Below, piece by piece: positions 1 through 12,340 of a stretch of 64,000 nt of DNA. The notes under the pieces were generated by a model that did no database searches, was not told where the DNA came from, and saw only the letters and a list, made by a program, of their open reading frames with translations. The DNA is from the human T2T-CHM13v2.0 reference genome, Homo sapiens. The DNA lies in NCBI RefSeq assembly GCF_009914755.1, contig NC_060935.1. One strand, 5' to 3'. Both the position numbers and the translations under genes were made by a program. The stretch's first letter is position 1, and each line of letters starts with the position of its first letter.

Positions 1-1860
1 AAACTTCTTTGTGATGTCTGCATTCAACTCACGGGGTGGAACCTTCCTTTCATAGATCAGCTTTCAAACACTCTTTCTGTAGAATCTGCAAGTGGATATT
101 TGGACCACTTTGTGGCCTTCCTTCGAAACGGGTATATCTTCACATCAAACCTAGACAGAAGCATTCTCAGAAGGTTTCCTGTGATGACTGCATTCAACTC
201 ACAGAGTTGAACAATCCTGTTGATGGAGCAGTTTTGAAACTCCCTTTCTTTGGGATCTGCAAGTGGATATGTGGACCTCTTTGAAGATTTCGTTGGAAAC
301 GGGTTCATCTTCACATAACAACTAAACAGGAGCATTCTCAGAAACTACTTTGTGATGTTTGTGTTCAACTTCCAGAGTTGAACTTTCCTCTTGAAAGAGC
401 AGCTATGAAACACTCTTTTTCTAGAATGTGCAAGTGGACATTTGCAGGGCTTTGAGGCCTGCGGTGGAAAAGGAAATATCTTCACATTAAAACTAGATAG
501 AAGAATTCTCAGAAACTACTTTGTGATGATTGCATCGGACTCACAGAGTTGGGCATTCCTATGGATAGGACAGTTTGTAAACACTCTTTTTGTATAATCT
601 GCAATTGGAGATATGGACTGCTTTGAGACCTATGGTAGTAAAGGAAATAACTTCATATAAAAACCAAACGGAAGCATTCACAGAAAATTCTTTGTGATTA
701 TCGCATTTAACTGAGAGAGCTGAACATTCCTTCAGATGGAGCCGTTTCCAAACACACTTTTTGTAGGATCTGCAAGTGGATATTCGGACCTCTCTGAGGA
801 TTTCGTTGGAAACGGGATACACTTCCCAGAACTACACGGAAGCATTCTCCGAAACTTCTTGGTGATGTTTGCATACAACTCACAGAGATGAACCTTCCTT
901 TCGTAGTTCAGCTGTGAGACACTCTTTTTGTAGAATCTGCAGGTGGATATTTGGACCACTGTGAGGCTTTCGTTCGAAACGGTTATATCTACACGTAACA
1001 ACTCAAGAGAAGCATTCTTAGAAACTTCTGTGTGATGATTGCATTCAAGTCACAGAGTTGAACCCTCCATTTCATTGAGCAGCTTGGAAACTCTCTTTTT
1101 GTAGAATCTGTAAGAGGATATGTGGACGTCTTTGAAGATTTCTTTGGAAACGGGAATATCTTCACAGAAAAACTAAACTGAAGCATTCTCACAAACTTCT
1201 TTGTGATGTTTGTGTTCGAGTCACACAGTTTAACATTGCCTTTCATAGAGCAGTTTTGAAACACTCCTTTCGGAGAATCTGCAAGTGGACATGTGGAGCG
1301 CTTCCAGGCCTGTGGTGGAAAAGGAAACATCTTCACATAAAAACTAGACAGAAGCATTGTCAGAAACTTCTTTGTGATGACTGCATTCAACTCACAGAGT
1401 TGAAGATTCCTTTTGAAACAGCAGTTTCGAAACACCCTTTCTGTGGGATCCGCAAGTGGATATTTGGACCTCTTTGAAGATTTCGTTGGAAATGGGGTAA
1501 ACTTCACATAAAAGCTAAACCGAAGCATTCTCAGAAACTTCTTTGTGATGTTTGCATTCATCTCACAGAGTTGAACATTCCCTCTGATACAGCACCTTTG
1601 AAACGCTCGTTTTCTAGAATCTGCAGGTGGACATTTGGAGGGCTTTGGGGATGGTGGTGGAAAAGGAAATATCTTCTCGTAAAAACTACACAGAAGCACT
1701 CTCAGAAACGACTCTGTGATGATAGCATTCAACTCACAGAGTTGAACATTCCTTTTGAGAGAGCAGTTTGCAAAGACTCTTTCTGCAGAATCTGCAAGTG
1801 GAAATTTGGACTTCTCTGAGGATTTCGTTGGAAACGGGATAAACTTTCCAGAAGTAATCG
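1..1860 (+). repeat. 11-mer HOR copy (first ~13 bp cut off by window edge)
   Basis: 1,873-bp offset to the next unit; ends in the fused W5/W1 monomer at ~1693-1860. Confidence 0.9.
801..817 (+). other. Canonical CENP-B box (representative for array 1; other core-intact boxes at ~288, 1823, 2161, 2841, 3867, 4205, 4885, 5740, 6758, 7613, 7951, 8631)
   Basis: tttcgttggaaacggga matches YTTCGTTGGAARCGGGA; the others match the core NTTCGNNNNANNCGGGN. Confidence 0.9.
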
Positions 1861-3904
1861 GAAGCATTCTCCGAAACTTCTTTGTGATGTTTGCATTCAA
1901 CTCACGGGGTTGAACCTTCCTTTCATAGTTCAGCTTTCAAACACTCTTTCTGTAGAATCTGCAAGTGGATATTTGGACCATTTTGTGGCCTTCCTTCGAA
2001 ACGGGTATATCTTCACATCAAACCTAGACAGAAGCATTCTCAGAAGGTTTCCTGTGATGACTGCATTCAACTCACAGAGTTGAACAATCCTGTTGACGGA
2101 GCAGTTTTGAAACTCCCTTTCTTTGGGATCTGCAAGTGGATATGTGGACCTCTTTGAAGATTTCGTTGGAAACGGGTTCATGTTCACATAAAAACTAAAC
2201 AGGAGCATTCTCAGAAACTACTTTGTGATGTTTGTGTTCAACTTCCAGAGTTGAACTTTCCTCTTGAAAGAGCAGCTATGAAACACTCTTTTTCAAGAAT
2301 GTGCAAGTGGACATTTGGAGGGCTTTGAGGCCTGCGGTGGAAAAGGAAATATCTTCACATAAAAACTAGATAGAAGCATTCTCAGAAACTACTTTGTGAT
2401 GATTGCATCGGACTCACAGAGTTGGGCATTCCTATGGATAGGACAGTTTGTAAACACTCTTTTTGTGGAATCTGCAATTGGAGCTTTGGACTGCTTTGAA
2501 ACCTACGGTAGTAAAGGAAATAACTTCATATAAAAACCAAACGGAAGCATTCACAGAAAATTCTTTGTGATGATCGTATTTAACTGAGAGAGCTGAACAT
2601 TCCTTTAGATGGAGCAGTTTCCAAACACACTTTTTGTAGGATCTGCAAGTGGATATTCAGACCTCTCTGAGGATTTCGTTGGAAAGGGGATACACTTCCC
2701 AGAAATACACGGAAGCATTCTCCGAAACTTCCTGGTGATGTTTGCATACAACTCACACAGTTGAACCTTCCTTTCGTAGTTCAGCTGGGAGACACCCTTT
2801 TTGTAGAATCTGCAGGTGGATATTTGGACCACTGTGAGGCCTTCGTTCGAATCGGGTATATCTACGCGTAACAACTCAAGAGAAGCATTCTTAGAAACTT
2901 CTGTGTGATGATTGCATTCAAGTCACAGAGTGGAACCCTCCATTTGATTGAGCAGTTTGGAAATTCTCTTTTTGTAGAAACTCTAAGAGGATATGTGGAC
3001 TTCTTTGAAGATTTCCTTGGAAACGGGAATATCTTCACAGAAAAACTAAACTAAAGAATTCTCACAAACTTCTTTGTGATGTTTGTGTTCGAGTCACACA
3101 GTTTAACATTGCTTCTCATAGAGCAGTTTTGAAACACTCCTTTCGTAGTATCTGCAATTGGACATGTGGAGCGCTTCCAGGCCTGTGGTGGAAAAGGAAA
3201 CATCTTCACATAAAAACTAGACAGAAGCATTGTCAGAAACTTCTTTGTGATGACTGCATTCAACTCACAGAGTTGAAGATTCCTTTTGAAACAGCAGTTT
3301 CGAAACACCCTTTCTGTGGGATCCGCAAGTGGATATTTCAACCACTTTGAAGATTTCGTTGGAAATGGGGTAAACTTCACATAAAAGCTAAACCGAAGCA
3401 TTCTCAGAAACTTCTTTGTGATGTTTGCATTCACCTCACAGAGTTGAAGATTCCCTCTGACACAGCACCTTTGAAACGCTCGTTTTCTAGAATCTGCAGG
3501 TGGACATTTGGAGGGCTTTGGGGATAGTGGTGGAAAAGGAAATATCTTCTCGTAAAAACTACACAGAAGCACTCTCAGAAACGACTCTGTGATGATAGCA
3601 TTCAACTCACAGAGTTGAACATTGCTTTTGAGAGAGCAGTTTGGAAACACTCTTTCTGCAGAATCTGCAAGTGGAGATTTGGACCGCTTTGAGGCCTATG
3701 GTAGTAAAGGAAAGAACTTCATATAAGAACTAGACAGGAGCACTCTCAGAAAATTCTTTGTGACGATTGAGTTTAACTCAGAGAGCTGAACATTCGTTTT
3801 GATGGAGCAGTTTCCAAACACACTTTTTGTAGAATGTGCAAGTGGAAATTTGGACTTCTCTGAGCATTTCGTTGGAAACGGGATAAACTTCCCACAAGTA
3901 ATCG
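1861..3904 (+). repeat. 12-mer HOR copy (2,044 bp)
   Basis: Contains an extra 171 bp (3676-3846) absent from the 11-mers. Confidence 0.92.
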
Positions 3905-6900
3905 GAAGCATTCTCCGAAACTTCTTTGTGATGTTTGCATTCAACTCAAGGGGTTGAACCTTCCTTTCATAGTTCAGCTTTCTAACACTCTTTCTGTAGA
4001 ATCTGCAAGTGGATATTTGGACCACTTTGTGGCCTTCCTTCGAAACGGGTATATCTTCACATCAAACCTAGACAGAAGCATTCTCAGAAGGTTTCCTGTG
4101 ATGACTGCATTCAACTCACAGAGTTGAACAATCCTGTTGATGGAGCAGTTTTGAAGCTCCCTTTCTTTGGGATCTGCAAGTGGATATGTGGACCTCTTTG
4201 AAGATTTCGTTGGAAACGGGTTCATCTTCACATAACAACTAAGCAGGAGCATTCTCAGAAACTACTTTGTGATGTTTGTGTTCAACTTCCAGAGTTGAAC
4301 TTTCCTCTTGAAAGAGCAGCTATGAAACACTCTTTTTCAAGAATGTGCAAGTGGACATTTGGAGGGCTTTGAGGCCTGTGGTGGAAAAGGAAATATCTTC
4401 ACATTAAAACTAGATAGAAGCATTCTCAAAAACTACTTTGTGATGATTGCATCGGACTCACAGAGTTGGGCATTCCTATGGATAGGACAGTTTGTAAACA
4501 CTCTTTTTGTAGAATCTGCAATTGGAGATTTGGACTGCTTTGAGACCTACGGTAGTAATGGTAATAACTTCATATAAAAACCAAACGGAAGCATTCACAG
4601 AAAATTCTTTGTGATGATCGTATTTAACTGAGAGAGCTGAACATTCTTTTAGATGGAGCAGTTTCCAAACACACTTTTGGTAGGATCTGCAAGTGGATAT
4701 TCGGACCTCTCTGAGGATTTCGTTGGAAACGGAATACAATTCCCAGAACTACACGGAAGCATTCTCCGAAACTTCTTGGTGATGTTTGCATACAACTCAC
4801 AGAGTTGAACCTTCCTTTCGTAGTTCAGCTGTGAGACACTCTTTTTGTAGAATCTGCAGGTGGATATTTGGACCACTGTGAGGCCTTCGTTCGAAACGGG
4901 TATATCTACACGTAACAACTCAAGAGAAGCATTCTCAGAAACTTCTGTGTGATGATTGCATTCAAGTCACAGAGTTGAACCCTCCATTTGATTGCGCAGT
5001 TTGGAAACTCTCTTTTTGTGGAATCTGTAAGAGGATATGTGGACTTCTTTGAAGATTTCCTTGGAAACGGGAATATCTTCACAGAAAAACTAAACTGAAG
5101 CATTCTCACAAACTTCTTTGTGATGTTTGTGTTCGAGTCACACAGTTTAACATTGCTTCTCATAGAGCAGTTTTGAAACACTCCTTTCGTAGAATCTGCA
5201 ATTGGACATGTGGAGCGCTTCCAGGCCTGTGGTGGAAAAGGAAACATCTTCACATAAAAACTAGACAGAAGCATTGTCAGAAACTTCTTTGTGAAGACTG
5301 CATTAAACTCACAGAGTTGAAGATTCCTTTTGAAACAGCAGTTTCGAAACACCCTTTCTGTGGGATCCGCAAGTGGATATTTGGACCTCTTTGAAGATTT
5401 CGTTGGAAATGGGGTAAACTTCACATAAAAGCTAAACTGAAGCATTCTCAGAAACTTCTTTGTGATGTTTGCATTCATCTCACAGAGTTGAACATTCCCT
5501 CTGATACAGCACCTTTGAAACGCTCGTTTTCTAGAATCTGCAGGTGGACATTTGGAGGGCTTTGGGGATGGTGGTGGAAAAGGAAATATCTTCTCGTAAA
5601 AACTACACAGAAGCACTCTCAGAAACGACTCTGTGATGATAGCATTCAACTCACAGAGTTGAACATTCCTTTTGAGAGAGCAGTTTGCAAAGACTCTTTC
5701 TGCAGAATCTGCAAGTGGAAATTTGGACTTCTCTGAGGATTTCGTTGGAAACGGGATAAACTTTCCAGAAGTAATCGGAAGCATTCTCCGAAACTTCTTT
5801 GTGATGTTTGCATTCAACTCACGGGGTTGAACCTTCCTTTCATAGTTCAGCTTTCAAACACTCTTTCTGTAGAATCTGCAAGTGGATATTTGGACCATGT
5901 TGTGGCCTTCCTTCGAAACGGGTATATCTTCACATCAAACCTAGACAGAAGCATTCTCAGAAGGTTTCCTGTGATGACTGCATTCAACTCACAGAGTTGA
6001 ACAATCCTGTTGACGGAGCAGTTTTGAAACTCCCTTTCTTTGGGATCTGCAAGTGGATATGTGGACCTCTTTGAAGATTTCGTTGGAAATGGGTTCATCT
6101 TCACATAACAACTAAGCAGGAGCATTCTCAGAAACTACTTTGTGATGTTTGTGTTCAACTTCCAGAGTTGAACTTTCCTCTTGAAAGAGCAGCTATGAAA
6201 CACTCTTTTTCAAGAATGTGCAAGTGGACATTTGGAGGGCTCTGAGGCCTGCGGTGGAAAGGGAAATATCTTCACATAAAAACTAGATAGAAGCATTCTC
6301 AGAAACTACTTTGTGATGATTGCATCGGACTCACAGAGTTGGGCACTCCTATGGATAGGACAGTTTGTAAACACTCTTTTTGTAGAATCTGCAATTGGAG
6401 ATTTGGACTGCTTTGAGACCTACGGTAGTAAAGGAAATAACTTCATATAAACACCAAACGGAAGCATTCACAGAAAATTCTTTGTGATGATCGTATTTAA
6501 CTGAGAGAGCTGAACATTCCTTTAGATGGAGCAGTTTCCAAACACACTTTTGGTAGGATCTGCAAGTGGATATTCGGACCTCTCTGAGGATTTCGTTGGA
6601 AAGGGGATACACTTCCCAGAACTACACGGAAGCATTCTCCGAAACTTCTTGGTGATGTTTGCATACAACTCACAGAGTTGAACCTTCCTTTCGTAGTTCA
6701 GCTGTGAGACACTTTTTTTGTAGAATCTGCAGGTGGATATTTGGACCACTGTGAGGCCTTCGTTCGAAACGGGTATATCTACACGTAACAACTCAAGAGA
6801 AGCATTCTCAGAAACTTCTGTGTGATGATTGCATTCAAGTCACAGAGTTGAACCCTCCATTTGATTGAGCAGTTTGGAAACTCTCTTTTTGTGGAATCTG

Positions 6901-7650
6901 TAAGAGGATATGTGGACTTCTTTGAAGATTTCCTTGGAAACGGGAATATCTTCACAGAAAAACTAAACTGAAGCATTCTCACAAACTTCTTTGTGATGTT
7001 TGTGTTCGAGTCACACAGTTTAACATTGCTTCTCATAGAGCAGTTTTGAAACACTCCTTTCATAGAATCTGCAATTGGACATGTGGAGCGCTTCCAGGCC
7101 TGTGGTGGAAAAGGAAACATCTTCACATAAAAACTAGACAGAAGCATTGTCAGAAACTTCTTTGTGATGACTGCATTCAACTCACAGAGTTGAAGATTCC
7201 TTTTGAAACAGCAGTTTCGAAACACCCTTTCTGTGGGATCCGCAAGTGGATATTTGGACCTCTTTGAAGATTTCGTTGGAAATGGGGTAAACTTCACATA
7301 AAAGCTAAACCGAAGCATTCTCAGAAACTTCTTTGTGATGTTTGCATTCATCTCACAGAGTTGAACATTCCCTCTGATACAGCACCTTTGAAACGCTCGT
7401 TTTCTAGAATCTGCAGGTGGACATTTGGAGGGCTTTGGGGATGGTGGTGGAAAAGGAAATATCTTCTCGTAAAAACTACACAGAAGCACTCTCAGAAACG
7501 ACTCTGTGATGATAGCATTCAACTCACAGAGTTGAACATTCCTTTTGAGAGAGCAGTTTGCAAAGACTCTTTCTGCAGAATCTGCAAGTGGAAATTTGGA
7601 CTTCTCTGAGGATTTCGTTGGAAACGGGATAAACTTTCCAGAAGTAATCG
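3905..7650 (+). repeat. Two tandem 11-mer HOR copies (3905-5777, 5778-7650)
   Basis: 1,873-bp period (ORFs 3974->5847->7720; 4906->6779). Confidence 0.92.
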
Positions 7651-9694
7651 GAAGCATTCTCCGAAACTTCTTTGTGATGTTTGCATTCAACTCACGGGGT
7701 TGAACCTTCCTTTCATAGTTCAGCTTTCAAACACTCTTTCTGTAGAATCTGCAAGTGGATATTTGGACCATTTTGTGGCCTTCCTTCGAAACGGGTATAT
7801 CTTCACATCAAACCTAGACAGAAGCATTCTCAGAAGGTTTCCTGTGATGACTGCATTCAACTCACAGAGTTGAACAATCCTGTTGACGGAGCAGTTTTGA
7901 AACTCCCTTTCTTTGGGATCTGCAAGTGGATATGTGGACCTCTTTGAAGATTTCGTTGGAAACGGGTTCATGTTCACATAAAAACTAAACAGGAGCATTC
8001 TCAGAAACTACTTTGTGATGTTTGTGTTCAACTTCCAGAGTTGAACTTTCCTCTTGAAAGAGCAGCTATGAAACACTCTTTTTCAAGAATGTGCAAGTGG
8101 ACATTTGGAGGGCTTTGAGGCCTGCGGTGGAAAAGGAAATATCTTCACATAAAAACTAGATAGAAGCATTCTCAGAAACTACTTTGTGATGATTGCATCG
8201 GACTCACAGAGTTGGGCATTCCTATGGATAGGACAGTTTGTAAACACTCTTTTTGTGGAATCTGCAATTGGAGCTTTGGACTGCTTTGAAACCTACGGTA
8301 GTAAAGGAAATAACTTCATATAAAAACCAAACGGAAGCATTCACAGAAAATTCTTTGTGATGATCGTATTTAACTGAGAGAGCTGAACATTCCTTTAGAT
8401 GGAGCAGTTTCCAAACACACTTTTTGTAGGATCTGCAAGTGGATATTCAGACCTCTCTGAGGATTTCGTTGGAAAGGGTATACACTTCCCAGAAATACAC
8501 GGAAGCATTCTCCGAAACTTCCTGGTGATGTTTCCATACAACTCACACAGTTGAACCTTCCTTTCGTAGTTCAGCTGGGAGACACCCTTTTTGTAGAATC
8601 TGCAGGTGGATATTTGGACCACTGTGAGGCCTTCGTTCGAATCGGGTATATCTACGCGTAACAACTCAAGAGAAGCATTCTTAGAAACTTCTGTGTGATG
8701 ATTGCATTCAAGTCACAGAGTGGAACCCTCCATTTGATTGAGCAGTTTGGAAATTCTCTTTTTGTAGAAACTCTAAGAGGATATGTGGACTTCTTTGAAG
8801 ATTTCCTTGGAAACGGGAATATCTTCACAGAAAAACTAAACTAAAGAATTCTCACAAACTTCTTTGTGATGTTTGTGTTCGAGTCACACAGTTTAACATT
8901 GCTTCTCATAGAGCAGTTTTGAAACACTCCTTTCGTAGTATCTGCAATTGGACATGTGGAGCGCTTCCAGGCCTGTGGTGGAAAAGGAAACATCTTCACA
9001 TAAAAACTAGACAGAAGCATTGTCAGAAACTTCTTTGTGATGACTGCATTTAACTCACAGAGTTGAAGATTCCTTTTGAAACAGCAGTTTCGAAACACCC
9101 TTTCTGTGGGATCCGCAAGTGGATATTTCAACCACTTTGAAGATTTCGTTGGAAATGGGGTAAACTTCACATAAAAGCTAAACCGAAGCATTCTCAGAAA
9201 CTTCTTTGTGATGTTTGCATTCACCTCACAGAGTTGAAGATTCCCTCTGATACAGCACCTTTGAAACGCTCGTTTTCTAGAATCTGCAGGTGGACATTTG
9301 GAGGGCTTTGGGGATGGTGGTGGAAAAGGAAATATCTTCTCGTAAAAACTACACAGAAGCACTCTCAGAAACGACTCTGTGATGATAGCATTCAACTCAC
9401 AGAGTTGAACATTCCTTTTGAGAGAGCAGTTTGGAAACACTCTTTCTGCAGAATCTGCAAGTGGAGATTTGGACCGCTTTGAGGCCTATGGTAGTAAAGG
9501 AAAGAACTTCATATAAGAACTAGACAGGAGCACTCTCAGAAAATTCTTTGTGACGATTGAGTTTAACTCAGAGAGCTGAACATTCGTTTTGATGGAGCAG
9601 TTTCCAAACACACTTTTTGTAGAATCTGCAAGTGGAAATTTGGACTTCTCTGAGGATTTCGTTGGAAACGTGATAAACTTCACAGAAGTAATCG
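7651..9694 (+). repeat. 12-mer HOR copy (2,044 bp), near-identical to 1861-3904
   Basis: Shares private variants with 1861-3904 at a 5,790-bp offset (atcgggtatatctacgcg, ctaaagaatt, atttcaaccact); extra monomer-length segment at 9466-9636. Confidence 0.92.
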
Positions 9695-12243
9695 GAAGCA
9701 TTCTCCGAAAATTCTTTGTGATGTTTGCATTCAACTCACGGGGTTGAACTTTCCTTTCATAGTTCAGCTTTCAAACACTCTTTCTGTAGAATCTGCAAGT
9801 GGATATTTGGACCACTTTGTGGCCTTCATTCGAAACGTGTATATCTTCACATCAAACCTAGACAGAAGCATTCTCAGAATGTTTCCTGTGAAGACTGCAT
9901 TCAACGCACAGAGGTGAACAATCCTATTGATGGAGCAGTTTGAAACTCTCTTTCTTTGGAATCTGCAAGTGGATATTTGGACCTCTTTGAAGATTTCCTT
10001 GGAAAAGTGTTCATCTTCAAAGAAAAACTAAACAGAAGCATTCTCAGAAACTCCTTTGTGATGTTTGTGTTCCACTTCAAGAATTGAACTTTCCTCTTGA
10101 CAGAGCTGCTCTGAAACTCCCTTTTTCTAGAATCTGCAAGTGGACATTTGGAGGGCTTTGAGGCCTGTGGTGGAAAAGGAAACATCTTCACATAAAACCT
10201 AGAGAGAAGCACTCTCAGAAACTACTTTGTGATGATTGCATTCGACTCATAGAGTTGAACATTCCTATAGATAGAGCAGGTTGTAAACAATATTTCTGTA
10301 GAATCTGCGATTGGAGATTTGGACTTCTTTGAGGCCTACTGTAGTAAAGGAAATAACTTCATCGGAAAATCAAGCGGAAGCATTCACAGACAATACTTTG
10401 TGATCATTGGATTGAACTAAGAGAGCTGAACATTCCTTTAGATGGCGCAGTTTCCCAACACACTTTCTGTAGAATATGCAAGTGGATATTGGGACTTCTC
10501 TGAGGATTTCGTTGGAAAAGGGATAAATTCCCAGAACTACACAGAAGCATTCTCAGAAACTACTTTGTGATGTTGCATTCAACTCACAGAGTTGAACCTT
10601 GCTTTCATAGTTCAGCTTTCAAACACTCTTTTTGTAGAAACTGCAAGTGGATATTTGGACCACTTTGTGGCCTTCCTTCGAAACGGGTATATCTTCACAT
10701 CAAACCTAGACAGAAGCATTCTCACAATGTTTCCTGTGATTACTGCATTCAACGCACAGAGGTGAACAATCCTGCTGATGGAGCAGTTTTGAATCTCTCT
10801 TTCTCTGGAATCTGAAAGTGGATATGTGGACCTATTTGAAGATTTCGTTGGAAACGGTTTCATCTTCAAAGAAAAACTAAACAGTAGCATTCTCAGAAAT
10901 AACTTTGTGATGTTTGTGTTCAACTTGCAGAGTTGAACATTCCTCTTGACAGAGCAGCTATGAAACATTGTTTTTCTAGAACCTGCAAGTGGACATTTGG
11001 AGGGTTTTGGGGTCTTTGGCGGAAACGTAAATATCTGCATATAATAACTAGATAGAAGCATTCTGAGAACCTACTTTGTGATGATTGCATTCGACTCACA
11101 GAGTTGAACCTTCCAATAGATAGAGCAGTTTGTAAACACTCCTTTTGCAGAATCTGTGATTGCTGATTTGGACTGCATTGAGGCCTACGGTACTAAAGGA
11201 AATAACTTCATCTAAAAACCAAACGGAAGCATTCACAGAAAATTCTTTGTGATGATTGGATTGAACTCAGAGAGCTGAACATTCCTTTAGATGCAGCAGT
11301 TTCCAAACACACTTTCTGTAGAATCTGCAAGTGGATATTTGGACCTCTCTGAGGATTTCGTTGGAAATGGGATAAATTTCCCAGAACTACACGAAAGCAT
11401 TCTCAGAAACATCTTTCTCACTTTTGCATTCAACTCACAGAGTTGAACCTTCCTTTCATAGTTCAGCTTTCAAACACTCTATTTGTAGAATCTGCAAGTG
11501 GATATTTGGACCACTTTGTGGCCTTCCTTCGAAACGGGTATATCTTCACATCAAACCTAGACAGAAGCATTCTCAGAATGTTTCCTGTGATGACTGCATT
11601 CAACGCACAGAGGTGAACAATCCTGTTGATGGAGCAGTTTTGAACCTCTCTTTCTTTGGAATCTGCAAGTGGACATGTGGACCTCTTTGACGATTTCCTT
11701 GGAAACGGGTTCATCTTCAAAGAAAAACTAAACAGAAGCATTCTCAGAAACTGCTTTGTGATGTTTGTGTTCCACTTCAAGAATTGAACTTTCCTCTTGA
11801 CAGAACAGCTCTGAAACCCTCTTTTTCTAGAATCTGCAAGTGGACATTTGGAGGGCTTTGAGGCCTGTGGTGGAAAAGGAAATATCTTCACATAAAACCT
11901 AGATAGAAGCATTCTCAGAAACTACTTTGTGATGATTGCATTCGACTCACAGAGTTGAACATTCCTATAGATAGAGCAGGTTGTAAACAATCATTTGTAG
12001 AATCTGCGATTGGAGATTTGGACTGCTTTGAGGCCTACAGTAGTAAAGGAAATAACTTCATCTAAAAACCAAGTGGAAGCATTCACAGACAATACTTTGT
12101 GATCATTGGATTGAACTAAGAGAGCTGAACATTCCTTTAGATGGCGCAGTTTCCAAACACACTTTCTGTAGAATATGCAAGTGGATATTTGGACCTCTCT
12201 GAGGATTTCGTTGGAAATGTGATAAACTTCCCAGAACTACACG
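9695..12243 (+). repeat. 15-monomer a-b-c unit (2,549 bp), a 25-mer lacking pentamers d and e
   Basis: a, b, c markers in order. The last monomer begins like c (aagtggaagc, aatatgcaa) but ends like e (ggaaatgtgataaacttc) and is followed by an a start (catgtgtgtc). Confidence 0.8.
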
Positions 12244-12340
12244 GAAGCATTTTCAGAAACATGTGTGTCTCTGTTGCATTCAACTCACAGAGATGAACCT
12301 TCCTTTCATAGTTCAGCTTTCAAACACTCTATTTGTAGAA

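Larger units (their letters stand above)
1..9810 (+). repeat. HOR array 1: mixed 11-mer (1,873 bp) / 12-mer (2,044 bp) SF3 HOR, probably an inactive flanking array
   Basis: Unit start gaagcattctccgaaa at 1861, 3905, 5778, 7651, 9695; spacings 1873 (first unit, from ORF offset 57->1930), 2044, 1873, 1873, 2044. Inferred 12-mer monomer order W2 W3 W4 W5 W1 W2 W3 W4 W3 W4 W5 W1. Confidence 0.93.

Noticed and set aside
989-7690. 303-aa minus-strand ORFs (989-1900, 4906-5817, 6779-7690) and 199-aa relatives
   Set aside because: The internal ~57-aa periodicity equals 171/3. They are chance stop-free frames on the alphoid reverse strand, recur with the HOR, and show no recognisable domain.
1-9810. 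Assignment of array 1 to chromosome 1 (11-mer) or X (12-mer)
   Set aside because: It is contiguous with an 850-bp pentamer array typical of chr11, so a related chr11 flanking HOR is more parsimonious. The exact HOR name cannot be determined without a search.
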